From Trypethelium eluteriae (Eukaryota), in NCBI GenBank assembly GCA_051942245.1, contig JAVECL010000180.1, positions 1 to 39,121 on the forward strand: a DNA stretch of 39,121 bases, given 5' to 3'. The translations under genes and the position numbers were made by a program. Shown here piece by piece: positions 23,122 to 34,672 of this stretch. Numbering within the stretch: the stretch's first letter is position 1; the number at the start of each line of letters is the position of its first letter. The notes below the pieces were generated by a model. The model did not search any database. It was not told the DNA's origin and saw only the letters and a list, made by a program, of their open reading frames with translations.

Positions 23122-25433
23122 CTAATGTTGAGCGACTAAGAATGGGCGCATTAATCGCAAATCAATGCCAATCAACCGGTGAAAGACTGAAGAGCAAATC
23201 GTGAGAAGTTCAAAAACGAAGATGTGGTTCGAATATCCCTGAGGGAAAGAGCAATCCAGGAGAACCCTAATTGTGTTCGTCCAGTTCCTCTTTAGCCTCG
23301 AAAACCGGGGACCTGTTTCCTACTCGGACACGAAGTACAGCTATCTGCTGACGGTTCAAAGGGCGATCAAGCTAGCTCTTCAAGAGCCAAATCAAAACTA
23401 GTAACTGTCTTGAACGAGAGACGTCGAATGGAGGAAGAACGAAAGAAGATAAGCTCCAAGCTCGGTCGGTAGCCTATTGGATGCTGGACGTGATACACGG
23501 ATGAGCTACAACGTTGATGATCACCGAGGGCATGTGATGTTGTAAACCCCGCTGGCGACCAAGTCTGGGCCCTTTGGACTGGGTGTTGAACACTGCTTTC
23601 CCAACAATAATGCCGATCCAAGGTGAGCAAAAAGAGGAGATCGGAGCCGAACCAAAAGCAGCACGCTGGTAAGCCTGGGAAAATGTGGGAATGAAGGGTT
23701 CAAACAGCGTGAATATAGGCGCTGATGGGTGAAGAAAGAAAGACCCAATGATACAGGCTAGATGTCACGGCAAATTGCGTTAAAAGGGAAGCAGGCAGGG
23801 CCCGGCGGCGCCTAAAGCATCAGGTCCGTTGAAAGTTTGGGAACTGGTCCGAACAAAAAGAGGAGAAGAAAAAAAGAATGTGGGGAGTGTTCGAATGTGG
23901 AAACACGGTGAAAGCTACCTCGGTGGGACTGAGGAAGGTAACTTCGAGGTCCAGGATACAGCTGTGCGAGAAGGTGGCCTGAATGACGAAGAAGGCAAGG
24001 AGCTCAATAACGAGTCAGGACCGCAAAATTAATTTCGGCCCCTCGGCTGCCCAGATTATGGAGCAGAGAATGGCGGCAGAGTTGCTGCAGCAGCAGCAAA
24101 TGAAAGGCGTAGAGAAGACGGTCGAGTGAACTTTAACTCACCAGCAACCTACCTGGTTCTGGGTGGAAAGTGAAGCATAGTCCCACCACAACAGGCTTTC
24201 CGAGCCCGCCGAACTGGCTTCTAGCTCTCAGACCAAATTCACTGGCTGATCCTGGGGGAGATGCCAGTCATTTCAGCCACATCGGTTTACTGTTGGCCCT
24301 AGGCCATCTAAGCACGAGGAATATGCAGGTAGACGGACAGGGTTAGGACATGCGTGTTGCGGGGTCTTCGTCTTTGATACCAGGAAGACTCCAACCATGA
24401 GACGAGAAGCTGCCTAGGCATTGCATTGCACAGCCTATCCAGGCTAGAATGCCTCTCAACAACGGCGCATGCTTGGCAGCCCGAAAGCATGTACAGCGTG
24501 TATTTTGCCTACATCTTTGGTCGAGCAATGGTCCATGGGGACACGAAGACGAGGCTTGTATCAGCAGCCGCATGGGACTTCGGTTTTGCACGTCCAACAG
24601 CGAATCAGCCAAAACGTTACCGAGAGGACAAGGGCGGACGTGGGAAGTTTGAAATGTCTTGGCGCCCATCTCTTGTTGTGCGTCAGACGAAGAGACTAGC
24701 CCGAGCTGACCAGCATCTGCACCCGGCACGATCAGACTCGCCCTGTTGCGGCGGCTTACCTGCAATTCCACTGGCTCGATGGCACTGCGAAATTTCCGGA
24801 CCGCGATCCTATCGATACCGAGCAAAGTCGCTCAGATTCTGTCCTGACCCCTCGGCCCGCTCCGATCCCAGACTGGGCCGGCTAGGAAGACTTTCCTCTG
24901 CAAGAATCTGGTCGCGGGTGGGTGTGTGAGGAACAGGATTCGCGGTGCGCGTAAACTTGACAGCTGTACAATTTTTGGCGCTGCATAGGCTTCTTCGAAT
25001 CTTCGAGATCGACGAACAGCAGTAGTGGCGTCCCTGTGCCGGATAAATTGTTACCTTATTGCAAATCTTGACGCAGGGGCGATCGTCCCGTCTCTGATCG
25101 CCCGAGGAGAGAGCTTGCTTCATATTATCCGGACTTGGATGAGTCCCTGAAGCTGTCTGGTGATCCCCGGCCAGGTTGGAGGTCAGAGGGCAGCAGCGCG
25201 AGGTGCCGGCTCCACCAGCTCGAAACCTCATCAACGACCCGTCGGGACCAACTAGAACCGACGTCAAACGGTTAGCGGACGCCACAGCGATCTGAGGGAG
25301 CTTCCACCGAGGAGGTGACGCAACGAGGCGGACGAATTCCAATCGAGGCAATCCAGAGACAGGTGCTGTTTCGGCTTGCGTCCCTGTCTCGAGCAGGCGG
25401 ACCGAAAGAGCGCGCAAGCAGAGAGTCGCAGTC

Positions 25434-25469
25434 GCCGCCGCCGCCGCAGCAGCAGCAGCAGCAGCAGCA
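25434..25469. repeat. Compound trinucleotide microsatellite (GCC)4(GCA)8
   Basis: Read directly from the sequence. Confidence 0.9.
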
Positions 25470-25930
25470 CGGCGACGGTTGCAAATAGCCGCGGGATGCC
25501 TGCGTCCGTGAAGTCGGATCGGATTCGACTATCGTGGATGTGAGGGGAGGCCTGGGGGTGCGCAAGGACAGACGCTGGTGGAAATTTCAACGCCCGCCAG
25601 GGTTCGGCATGCTCGCTAGCTAGAGCGGCGGACTCGACCAGGGGTCGCCAGAAGGTGTAACACGCCCGCCTTGACACTGCAATTCCGGTTCGATGCAGGA
25701 TGGCAGACTGCGCAATAGAGATTGTTCGGCCGAGCCTGCAGCCTCTGGCCGTGAGGTTGTCGGCTCCAGCTCGCCACCGACAAATCCAGCAGACCCAGCA
25801 CCGCCAGTACCTATCGGCTAGCCGAGTGCGTGCCTGGATGCAGCGCCGTTGAAGCGTTGCGCTGGGAGGGCGGACGGTGGCATGGTGGGCAACGATGACC
25901 ACGACGGCGACATATTTTCTCCCGCGTCGC

Positions 25931-25983
25931 CCGCTGTCAGAACCACTGTTAGAACCACTGTCAGAACCACTGCCAGCACCGCT
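25931..25983. repeat. 12-bp tandem repeat AGAACCACTGYY, three copies plus degenerate flanks
   Basis: agaaccactgtt agaaccactgtc agaaccactgcc agcaccgct. Confidence 0.85.
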
Positions 25984-26515
25984 CATTAGCTGTTGGACCA
26001 CCGTGACCAGGCTGAGGGCCGGCTCGGGTCCAGAAGGCCGCTGGTGAATAGCGTGGATAGGCGCGATTAGCCTCAGCCTGACCCCTTGGACCCTGTCTTC
26101 GACGGTATCTCCCGGTCCCACGGGTCTGCCTACATAATCCTACTCTGCGACTGTACTGGGGTAGTCTGCTGCAGCGGTCACATCCCTGCCGTCAATATTG
26201 CCTACCTAAGCCTTTAGTGCCATCGAAGGATTCGGGATGGGCTCTTCGCGAGATGGGATGGCTTGCCATCTCAGATCTAGAGGCGCGCCGCTCTCCCGCC
26301 CGATTCGCCGGATGATCGCTCTCCCTCCACCCTCACGCACACATCCGAGCTTGGGGTCGATCTCAACTGCATCTTCTTATACAGGATGGGTATCATTTTA
26401 GCTGGATATAGCTGCTGCAGCCCGAGAGACGGTGCTGCAACGCATTACCGCGGGTCAAGTCACGGATACATGCTCGGTACCGGCCATGCTCCCCATACCT
26501 CGCGCTTCACCTCGT

Positions 26516-28793
26516 TTAGTTCCCATTCATCCCCATGATCCCATTGTCCAACCCACCACCTCCGTCAGCCTGTGTCTGCAACTCTGCGGGCCGCGGCTCT
26601 TCCTGTTCCTGTTCCTGTTCCTGTTGCTGCTCCTCCGCATTGTCAGCCACACTTGTCTCCACTTTGCCGTTTGTCGTTTCTGGCATGCCTTCCCCGCCGT
26701 CCTTGGTATTGTTGACCAAGACCTCGGTGCTGAGCAAAGCCTTCAGATTTCGGCCATCATCAATCTTATCAATCTGCGCGAGGTTCGTGCCAGATGCGAT
26801 ACGGAGAGCCCGCCACGTCTTACCTAGTTTGGTCTCTTCCAGTGTTTTCTTCTCTTCCTCCGAATCTGCCATTTCCAAATCAAGGTCGATCGTCTCTGCG
26901 TCTTTGACAAATGACTCGATGGTAGGTATCTTCCAACTGCAAGTGAGAGTGTCAGAACAATAAGCGCTCGTGTTGGAACGGAATCTCTCCTACCGATCGG
27001 GCTGTTTCAGTCTCTCTAAACCGTTAGCCGTCTCATCTTCCGAGAGAAACGAAAGGTCGATCGATCCCAGCGGTATGGCTCGGATGCGTTTGGGGGCACA
27101 AGCTTTCTCGGCTCCGACTTTTGCTTCATGATAATACTTCGGTAACATCGGGTCTCGGACGATGGGTGGGCAGCTCTCCACTTTCCAACGCACCCAGTTC
27201 TTGTCTCGAGACAGCACCGTGTCAACCATCCGGCAGTAGAACTTCCCGTCTGTTCCTTCCTGAAGGTAGTCCGCAATGATCTTTTTTGTCGCGAGAGCCC
27301 ACTCCGTCTGAAATTCGTCAGTAAGAGAATCTGATAGACCACGGGTAGTTCAGCTTACGTCTTCGTCACTCAGTGTGAAATCAAACATCATGGCCTTCTG
27401 TACCTTTAAATCGAGCAACTTCTTCTTTCCCTTCTCGGTCAGAGACATGAGGAAATCGATGATTATCAGAGCCTGAACGAGTATGTGTTTTTGGAAAGCT
27501 ACGTCACTTAACTATGAAATAGCAGTTAGCTGCATCGCTGGGGTGGATTGGGGGTTGTATAAAGCAATCTTACTTCGAGATCAAAAAGCTCACGATCCGT
27601 CAGATATTTTGGATTATAGACGTCTCTATATGTATCGGTCTCGTCATCTCTTTTCCTCTTTGTCCCCCGACCAATATCTGCAGTGTTCTGCTGCATTTCT
27701 GCTGGGATGGACTTGAACTTGGCAATCGTGAGTTGCAAGGCAAGTTTGAATTGGTCAAAATTGTTACCCGTAAAGAGTTTGGGAGGCTCTGAGAAATATT
27801 CTTGCATGTGCCAGAAAATTGGATAGAGCTTGTCATTTGATACGACGCCTTGGGATTTAATTTCATCCTCGGGTGCGTCCACTGTGACCGATACTTCAGT
27901 CGTGATAGGCGCAACAGCTCCGCCTGCCGATTCTGGCTTTATCTGAACTTCTTGTTGATCAGCCTGTTCTTTGGAGGGCTCCTCATCCTCAAGTTTGCTT
28001 CGTTCAGTCTCCTTGACACCTGTAACCAGCTCCGCATCTTGCATCTCCGCATCTGGGTTGGGTTGACTGAATGTCGTCGTATTGGCAGTATGAAATTCGC
28101 CCCTAAGGTTGACTGAACTTTTGTCGCCGAGTGGAAAGATCTGAAAGAGGAAGAAGAAGACACGTCCACAGAAAACAGCATCTTCTGCCCGGGAAAGTCG
28201 TCGTCGCAAGAGTTCATTGCAAGACCGCAAGATAGACATGAATTTCTTATCCCATTCCTTTTCAACGATGCGTTCTCGCCTTGACTCTAAGTATTGGAAT
28301 ACTCTCCGACATCCACTTGTTGTCTGCGTATCAAAAAGATCCTCTAATAGTAGCACGACCTGACCAGGATTACATTGTCCTAACAGTGGTTTAGCGGTGT
28401 TTGCAGCCATCCACTCGAGCTCGAAACATACCAGTCTCCTCGCATATCTGAATGATGTCGAGAAGGTCCCATATTCGCACAAATTCAGGATCGTCAATAG
28501 AAGTTGTGGACGTCTCCTCGAGATTAGCATGGCTCTCTACAGCACGAAATTTGTTCTCTCACCACACAATCATAAATGATGTCTTGTGCTATGGCTTCCA
28601 CAAGAGAATACTGTAGTGGTCCACCTCCAAACTCGACACCTAATGCCTTGACATCCTCTATGATTGGAGAAGACGAAAGCTCGGGTTCCACTCCAGTAGA
28701 TCGCTTGATTTCCCTTGCTCGTGACAACAGGACATTGAATCGCTCTTGAATGCGACTTTTCGATGCCACCTCTTGCAGTGCCTTTATTGCCAT
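26516..28793 (-). CDS. HPR1: THO complex subunit 1 (Hpr1/THOC1); exons 28793-28563, ~28516-28432, 28379-27574, 27511-27359, 27307-26994, 26936-26516
   Basis: SIDDPEFVRIWDLLD, LRSCNELLRRRLSRAEDAVFCGRVFFFLFQIFPLGDKSSVNLRGEF, YNPKYLT..ELFDLE|LSD..F..HILVQAL and RMVDTVLSRDKNWVRWK..SCP are THOC1 family motifs. Confidence 0.92.
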
Positions 28794-29243
28794 TATAATG
28801 GGGTGGAGAGCAGTGCTCTCAAGAGGTCTCACTATCCTCGACCGTACGATGTACCATGTGCTCGGAGATCTGAAGTTGTCTTTGTTCTCGCGCTCCGATT
28901 TCCAGGCGCTGCTCGTTGGGTCTAGCCGTCGTTATACGATTTAGTGTTCAAAGGACCAGTAGTTGAGAGTTTGCTTGGCAGGAGAAGGCAAAGGAGTGTA
29001 TCTGAGGATCTAATAAAGAGCGTAAAAAGACAATGGTCAAGATGTCTGAGTGATGCACGAGAAGGCACACAAGTGTGAGTGTGCGCTTCTCAGTGAAAGT
29101 GAGGAGTACCATCAATGAGAAGTCTAAGTGTGAGGTAAGATTCGCGATTCGCTAAAACCTGCACGCCTTTGCTACAGTTCGCACCAGATTTCGGGCCGTT
29201 GCAGTCAACTGCAAGGACATTGGTCAAATCATTGGCAAAAGCG

Positions 29244-29265
29244 ACGCGTCGGCGCGTCGGCGCGT
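29244..29265. promoter_or_regulatory. MCB (MluI cell-cycle box) cluster upstream of CSM3
   Basis: ACGCGT at 29244 plus GCGCGT at 29252 and 29260 (8-bp period), about 80-100 bp upstream of the CSM3 ATG. MBF control is typical for replication-fork genes. Confidence 0.7.
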
Positions 29266-29343
29266 TCGCCAACTATATTGTGTCATTAATAGCACAGTCC
29301 AAAGTTTTCATTCATCGCTTCCTTTTGCAGATTCGAAAGCAAA

Positions 29344-30306
29344 ATGCCTCTGCTTGATGAATCGGCGCATTACGCTCCAGAAAGAGATGACCTCGACGAC
29401 TTGTTCAATCACGATGCGTCTCTGGATGATGTCTTCAAAGATACAAACGATGGGAGCAATGCTGCCACCGATGGACCCCCAGAATCGAGAAGAAGAGCTG
29501 CCGACGGTGGTGCAGATCTAGGTATCGATGAAGAAATTAAAATTACAAAAAGACGCCAGCCCATTGCGAAGCTTGATGAAGCACGGTATTATCTCTCCGC
29601 ATCCAAGAAATATGCCGTTTGCTTTTTTGCACACCGTTGATGTACTCAGCTGACCCGTCATAGCCTTCTGTCTAATGCAGGCATACCGAAGCTGCGAAAA
29701 ATAACCAAGGAGCGCCTGAAATTCCGAGGCAAAGGACATGAGGTAACATATGTACCCTGGAGCAAGTGTAAAGACCCTTATCATAACAAAGTACAGTTTT
29801 CCGACGTCTCCCGACTCCTAAATATCTATCAGCTATGGCTAGATGATCTGTACCCGAGAGCAAAATTTGCGGATGGGTTGGCAATGATTGAGAAGCTGGG
29901 CCATAGGAAAACGATGCAGATGAAACGAAAGGAGTGGATTGACGAGAGTAAACCACGGATACGCTACGATACAACGCCGGAGCCAACTGAGCAGTTTGGT
30001 CGCGGAGCACCAAATGACACTGAGAACGCTGAAGAGCGCGAAGTTGCCATCCAAGACATGGATGTGCCTGGATCTCCACAAGATCATGAGGATCATCCTG
30101 AGGGAATCAAGGAAGCTATTGATACAGCCCACAATTCTGTAGATACAGGCGATGATGACGGCGAGGGAGATGACCTCGACGCAATAATGGCTGAGCATAC
30201 AGAGCGTATGGCCGAGCAGCAGAGAGACTCGAACAACGTGGCCCACCCGCGCGATGATTTTGCGGATGAAATGGATGCTATGGCAGAACTTGACGACATC
30301 TGGTGA
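29344..30306 (+). CDS. CSM3: Replication fork protection factor Csm3/Swi3 (Tipin); exons 29344-29585, 29664-29742, 29797-30306
   Basis: [18 protein letters not shown]...[44 protein letters not shown] is the Swi3 domain, followed by an acidic tail. Confidence 0.94.
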
Positions 30307-30671
30307 TGCAACATAACTTAGCGTTTCGGTCTATGGGATCCCTTAGGAATAGCTAATATATCCAGCAGACTAACGGATCCTGAGAACTTTCTTGCGACTA
30401 AGAGAAGCCAATGCTTTGAAATAGACTGTAATAGAGGGAGCAATAAAGAGCGTGCGAGCGAGTGCGGAGTAGTTTGTACTCCGTACTTTGTATCTCAAAA
30501 AATCACTCCGTAGGACCCTGTCGATCTTTTATGTCCGCGCACGGTGCGCTTTGAGGCTTAGGTGGCGTCATTATAGTGTGCACGGCTGTCCCAAACCCGA
30601 AAACAGCATCAGGGAAATCCACTGAAGTACTTTATAATCTTGATGCGGCTCTTGCTTTCTCATTCTTCCTG

Positions 30672-33600
30672 ATGGAGAGCTTGGCAGCTGCTATAGAGCA
30701 GCTTCAAATCAATGAACGCTCAAAATTGGCTCGAGAGCCGGGTTGGATCGATTCTGCATTGAACGAGCAGCGTCCGGGGAAACGTAAAAGAAGAACAAAA
30801 GAAGAAGTGAAAGCTCAGCTAGAGAAGCACTTTTTGTCGCCTCCAACTTCATTTGATACTCACTGGTTGAACGAGCTGCAGCAAAGATGGGAAATTCCGA
30901 CCAAGTACGCCGACTTGTTCGAAGTTGCACCAACCCAGACACGAACGATTATTCGATTCACGAGAGAAGGACTCGAAGGTCGTGTCACTGGCTACAAAGA
31001 GATCACTATCCCTGCAAATAGCGCAACAGCAAAGAATTCGACCTCAATACTGCGTAAGCCTGCAAATCGGGCGGATTTTGTGCGTGGCGCTGCTGGCTAT
31101 TTCCCCTTTGCTCCTGGTGGTCTAGATGGAGTAGAAGCTGCCGCTGCGTACGAAGACGAACTCATTCAAGCCAAGGAACAAGAACGTGCCCAAAAGAGTA
31201 ACGGATTAGATCGAATTATTAGCTTTGGGACCGATGGTGGCCTTCTCGAAGTACCTCCTGGCTTCAGTCGGGGTCTTGGCCTTGAGAAAAGAGCTACTGC
31301 GAGTCTGCAGAATGAGGCAGAAGTTCAGAATGTTCTTGATGAAGACCCGGCGGAGCCTGTTACTGCTAATGTGATGACCCAGAGCGATACGAATGGTCAG
31401 GCAGATAGAAAGGCCGAGGAAGACGAGACTGAAGAAGACGAGGATATCGATTCCCTTCTCCCGGTTGAATTTCCAGCCTTGGCACCACATGGTCAACTTG
31501 CTATGTCTGCAGCAACACGGAAAGGGAGACAATGGGCACACATGGTTGATGTGAATCGGGATATTACTAACTTCCGCGAACTTGTTCCCGATATGGCTCG
31601 AGATTGGCCTTTCGAGCTCGATACATTTCAAAAGGAAGCAGTCTATCACCTGGAAAACAATGATTCGGTCTTCGTAGCTGCTCATACCTCTGCAGGAAAG
31701 ACCGTCGTTGCCGAGTATGCAATCGCACTTGCAGCCAAACATATGACCAAAGCCATCTACACTTCTCCTATCAAGGCATTGAGCAACCAGAAATTCCGAG
31801 ATTTTCGGAACACTTTTGATGACGTCGGTATCCTTACAGGAGATGTTCAAATACGTCCTGAAGCTAGCTGTTTGATCATGACGACGGAGATTTTACGAAG
31901 CATGCTCTACCGCGGCGCTGATCTGGTGCGAGATGTTGAATTCGTCATCTTTGATGAAGTTCACTACGTTAACGACTTGGAACGAGGCGTAGTATGGGAG
32001 GAAGTCATCATTATGTTGCCTGAGCATGTCACTTTGATCCTCCTGTCTGCTACTGTCCCTAATACCTATGAATTCGCATCTTGGGTCGGCAGGACAAAAA
32101 AGAAGGATATTTATGTGATCTCGACACCGAAAAGACCCGTTCCTCTGGAGCACTATTTATGGGCTGGAAAAGCCATGCACAAAATCGTCGATGAAAACAA
32201 AAAGTTCATCGAAAAGGGCTGGAAGGAAGCCAGTGACATCTTTACTGGCAAGGACAAGACTAAGAAGCCTACTTCAGTTGAACAAAGCCAGGTTTCGCGC
32301 GGTGGTGCTTCTGGTGGAGGCCGCGGACAGAACCAACGAGGAAATGCGCAACGGGGAAATAATCAAAGAGGCGGAGCACAGCAACGCGGTCGTGGACAAC
32401 CTGCTTCGAGAGGGCAAGGAAACATTGCCAGAACCGGAAGAGGAGGGGGAAGAACAACTGCAGCGCAGGACAAAAACATCTGGGTTCATCTAGTCCAACA
32501 TCTCCGTAAGGAAGACCTTCTGCCGGCCTGCATCTTCGTCTTCTCGAAGAAACGCTGCGAAGCGAATGCCGATGCACTCTCTAATATTGACTACTGCACG
32601 GCAACCGAAAAAAGCGCGATTCACATGATCGTTGAGAAATCGATAGCGCGACTTAGACCCGAGGACCGGATTCTTCCGCAGATTCGAAGATTACGGGAAT
32701 TGCTCAGTCGAGGGATAGCTGTTCATCACGGAGGTCTTTTGCCTATTGTGAAAGAAATCGTTGAAATTCTGTTCGCCAGAACTCTAGTCAAGGTACTCTT
32801 TGCAACGGAAACGTTTGCTATGGGTCTTAACCTACCGACAAGAACTGTTGTGTTTTCTGGCTACCGTAAGCATGACGGAAGATCTTTCAGGGATCTATTG
32901 CCCGGCGAGTATACTCAAATGGCTGGCCGTGCGGGACGAAGAGGTTTAGATCCGGTCGGATCAGTCATTATTGTGACACCTGGTGCGGATGAAGCTCCGC
33001 CTGTAGCTCGATTGAGACAAATGATTCTAGGAGATCCTACGAAGTTGAGGTCTCAATTTCGTTTAACGTATAACATGATCCTGAACTTGTTACGGGTGGA
33101 AGCACTAAAAATTGAAGAGATGATCAAGCGAAGTTTCAGTGAAAACGCTACGCAGGCACTCTTGCCAGAACATGAGAAAGCGGTCAAGCTCTCCGAGGCC
33201 GACTTGGCTAAGATAAAGCGCGAGCCCTGTGATATCTGCGACAAAGATCTTGAACTTTGTCATCAAGCGAGCATGGATTACGTTAACTTGACAAGCGAGC
33301 TGCACGTAGCAGTCCTTGCTTCGCCGGTTGGTAAGAAGACTTTTTCACCGCGGCGATTGATCGTCTACAAGAAGGTAATGAACTCGAAATGATACCTTGA
33401 TGAACATTACTGACGTGATAAAGGATGGGATTCGCACCGCTGGTGTCTTGACTAGAGAAGGAGTTTTCGCCGGTCCATCCCCTCGAATACAAGTTGTCGA
33501 GATCAGTAGAAAGAACAGTATTCCAAAGCGACACAATGCTGACCTGCTACCGTATCTGGATCGATTTCGAAGACGATTTACTCCATTTGTCAGTGAAGCT

Positions 33601-34575
33601 GCGGATATGACATTGAAGCCGGAAACAATACTGCTCAATGATGTCGAATGTGTAACGCAGACCGTCACGAAAGTGGATATACATGGCATTTTGAACTATG
33701 GTCAGGACGCGCTCGCTGCAGGGCGCAAGGAACTTTCGGCCATCTGCTCTTCATGGACGTCCTCATCTTGGAAAGAGGTTGACTGGTATCGTGTCAAGGA
33801 CATCAATGTTCGCAACATTCTTGATGAGCGCAAGAAAGCGGGCAAAATTGCCCAGGAACGCGAAGCCGTATTATGTCTCCAGCTTGAGAAACATTTTGCG
33901 ATGCGACATGATGAATGGCTCATTAAAGAAAATATCGCCCAACTGCGACAACTGATGAGCGACCAGAACCTCCAACTCCTTCCCGACTATGAACAGCGCA
34001 TCGCCGTCCTCAAAGACCTCGGCTTCGTGGACATCAATTCGCGCGTCGAGCTTAAAGGCAAAGTCGCCTGCGAGATCCACTCCGCCGACGAGCTCGTTCT
34101 CACAGAGCTCATCCTCGAGAATGTCCTCGCCGACTACGAACCCGAAGAGATTGTCGCCCTACTCTCTGCCTTTGTCTTCCAGGAAAAGACAGACAACGAG
34201 CCCACCATGACACCTGCTCTCGAGCGCGGACGCGCGACCATTGTCGAGATCTCGGAGAAGGTCAACCACTATCAGACGCTGCGACAAGTAATTCTCAGCG
34301 CCGATGACTCGAACGACTTTGTCAGTCGCCCACGGTTCGGGCTGGTGGAGGTGGTGTATGAGTGGGCGCGGGGAATGAGCTTCAATCGGATTACGGATCT
34401 CACGGATGTACTCGAAGGGACGATTGTGAGGGTGATCACGAGGCTGGATGAGACGTGTAGGGAGGTAAAGAACGCGGCGAGGATTATTGGAGATCCGACG
34501 TTATTTACGAAGATGCAGACGTGCCAGGAGATGATCAAGAGGGATATCTGCGCAACGGCGAGTTTGTATATGTAA
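30672..34575 (+). CDS. SKI2: Ski2 DExH-box RNA helicase (cytoplasmic exosome cofactor); exons 30672-33374, 33424-34575
   Basis: AHTSAGKT, DEVH, SAT, QMAGRAGRRG, an RG-rich insert and a C-terminal DSHCT domain (EGTIVRVITRLDETCREV...ASLYM). Intron 33375-33423. Confidence 0.96.
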
Positions 34576-34672
34576 GGTAGTGCTGATGCAACTTTCATGC
34601 CGCAATTGTACGATGGAACGGTTGATGAACTCCCTATAGATATGGATATATGACTCAAAACAGGGATTATTG

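Noticed and set aside
25264..26121. 285-aa minus-strand ORF, plus the overlapping 202-aa ORF 24809-25417
   Set aside because: Non-ATG starts, GC-rich and repeat-driven low complexity, and no family motif, so not called as CDS.
28521..28533. AGATTAGCATGGC matches part of the U6 snRNA core
   Set aside because: It is only 13 nt, with no upstream ACAGAGA box or downstream U6 stem. It is the antisense of the HPR1 intron branch region (GCCATGCTAATCT).
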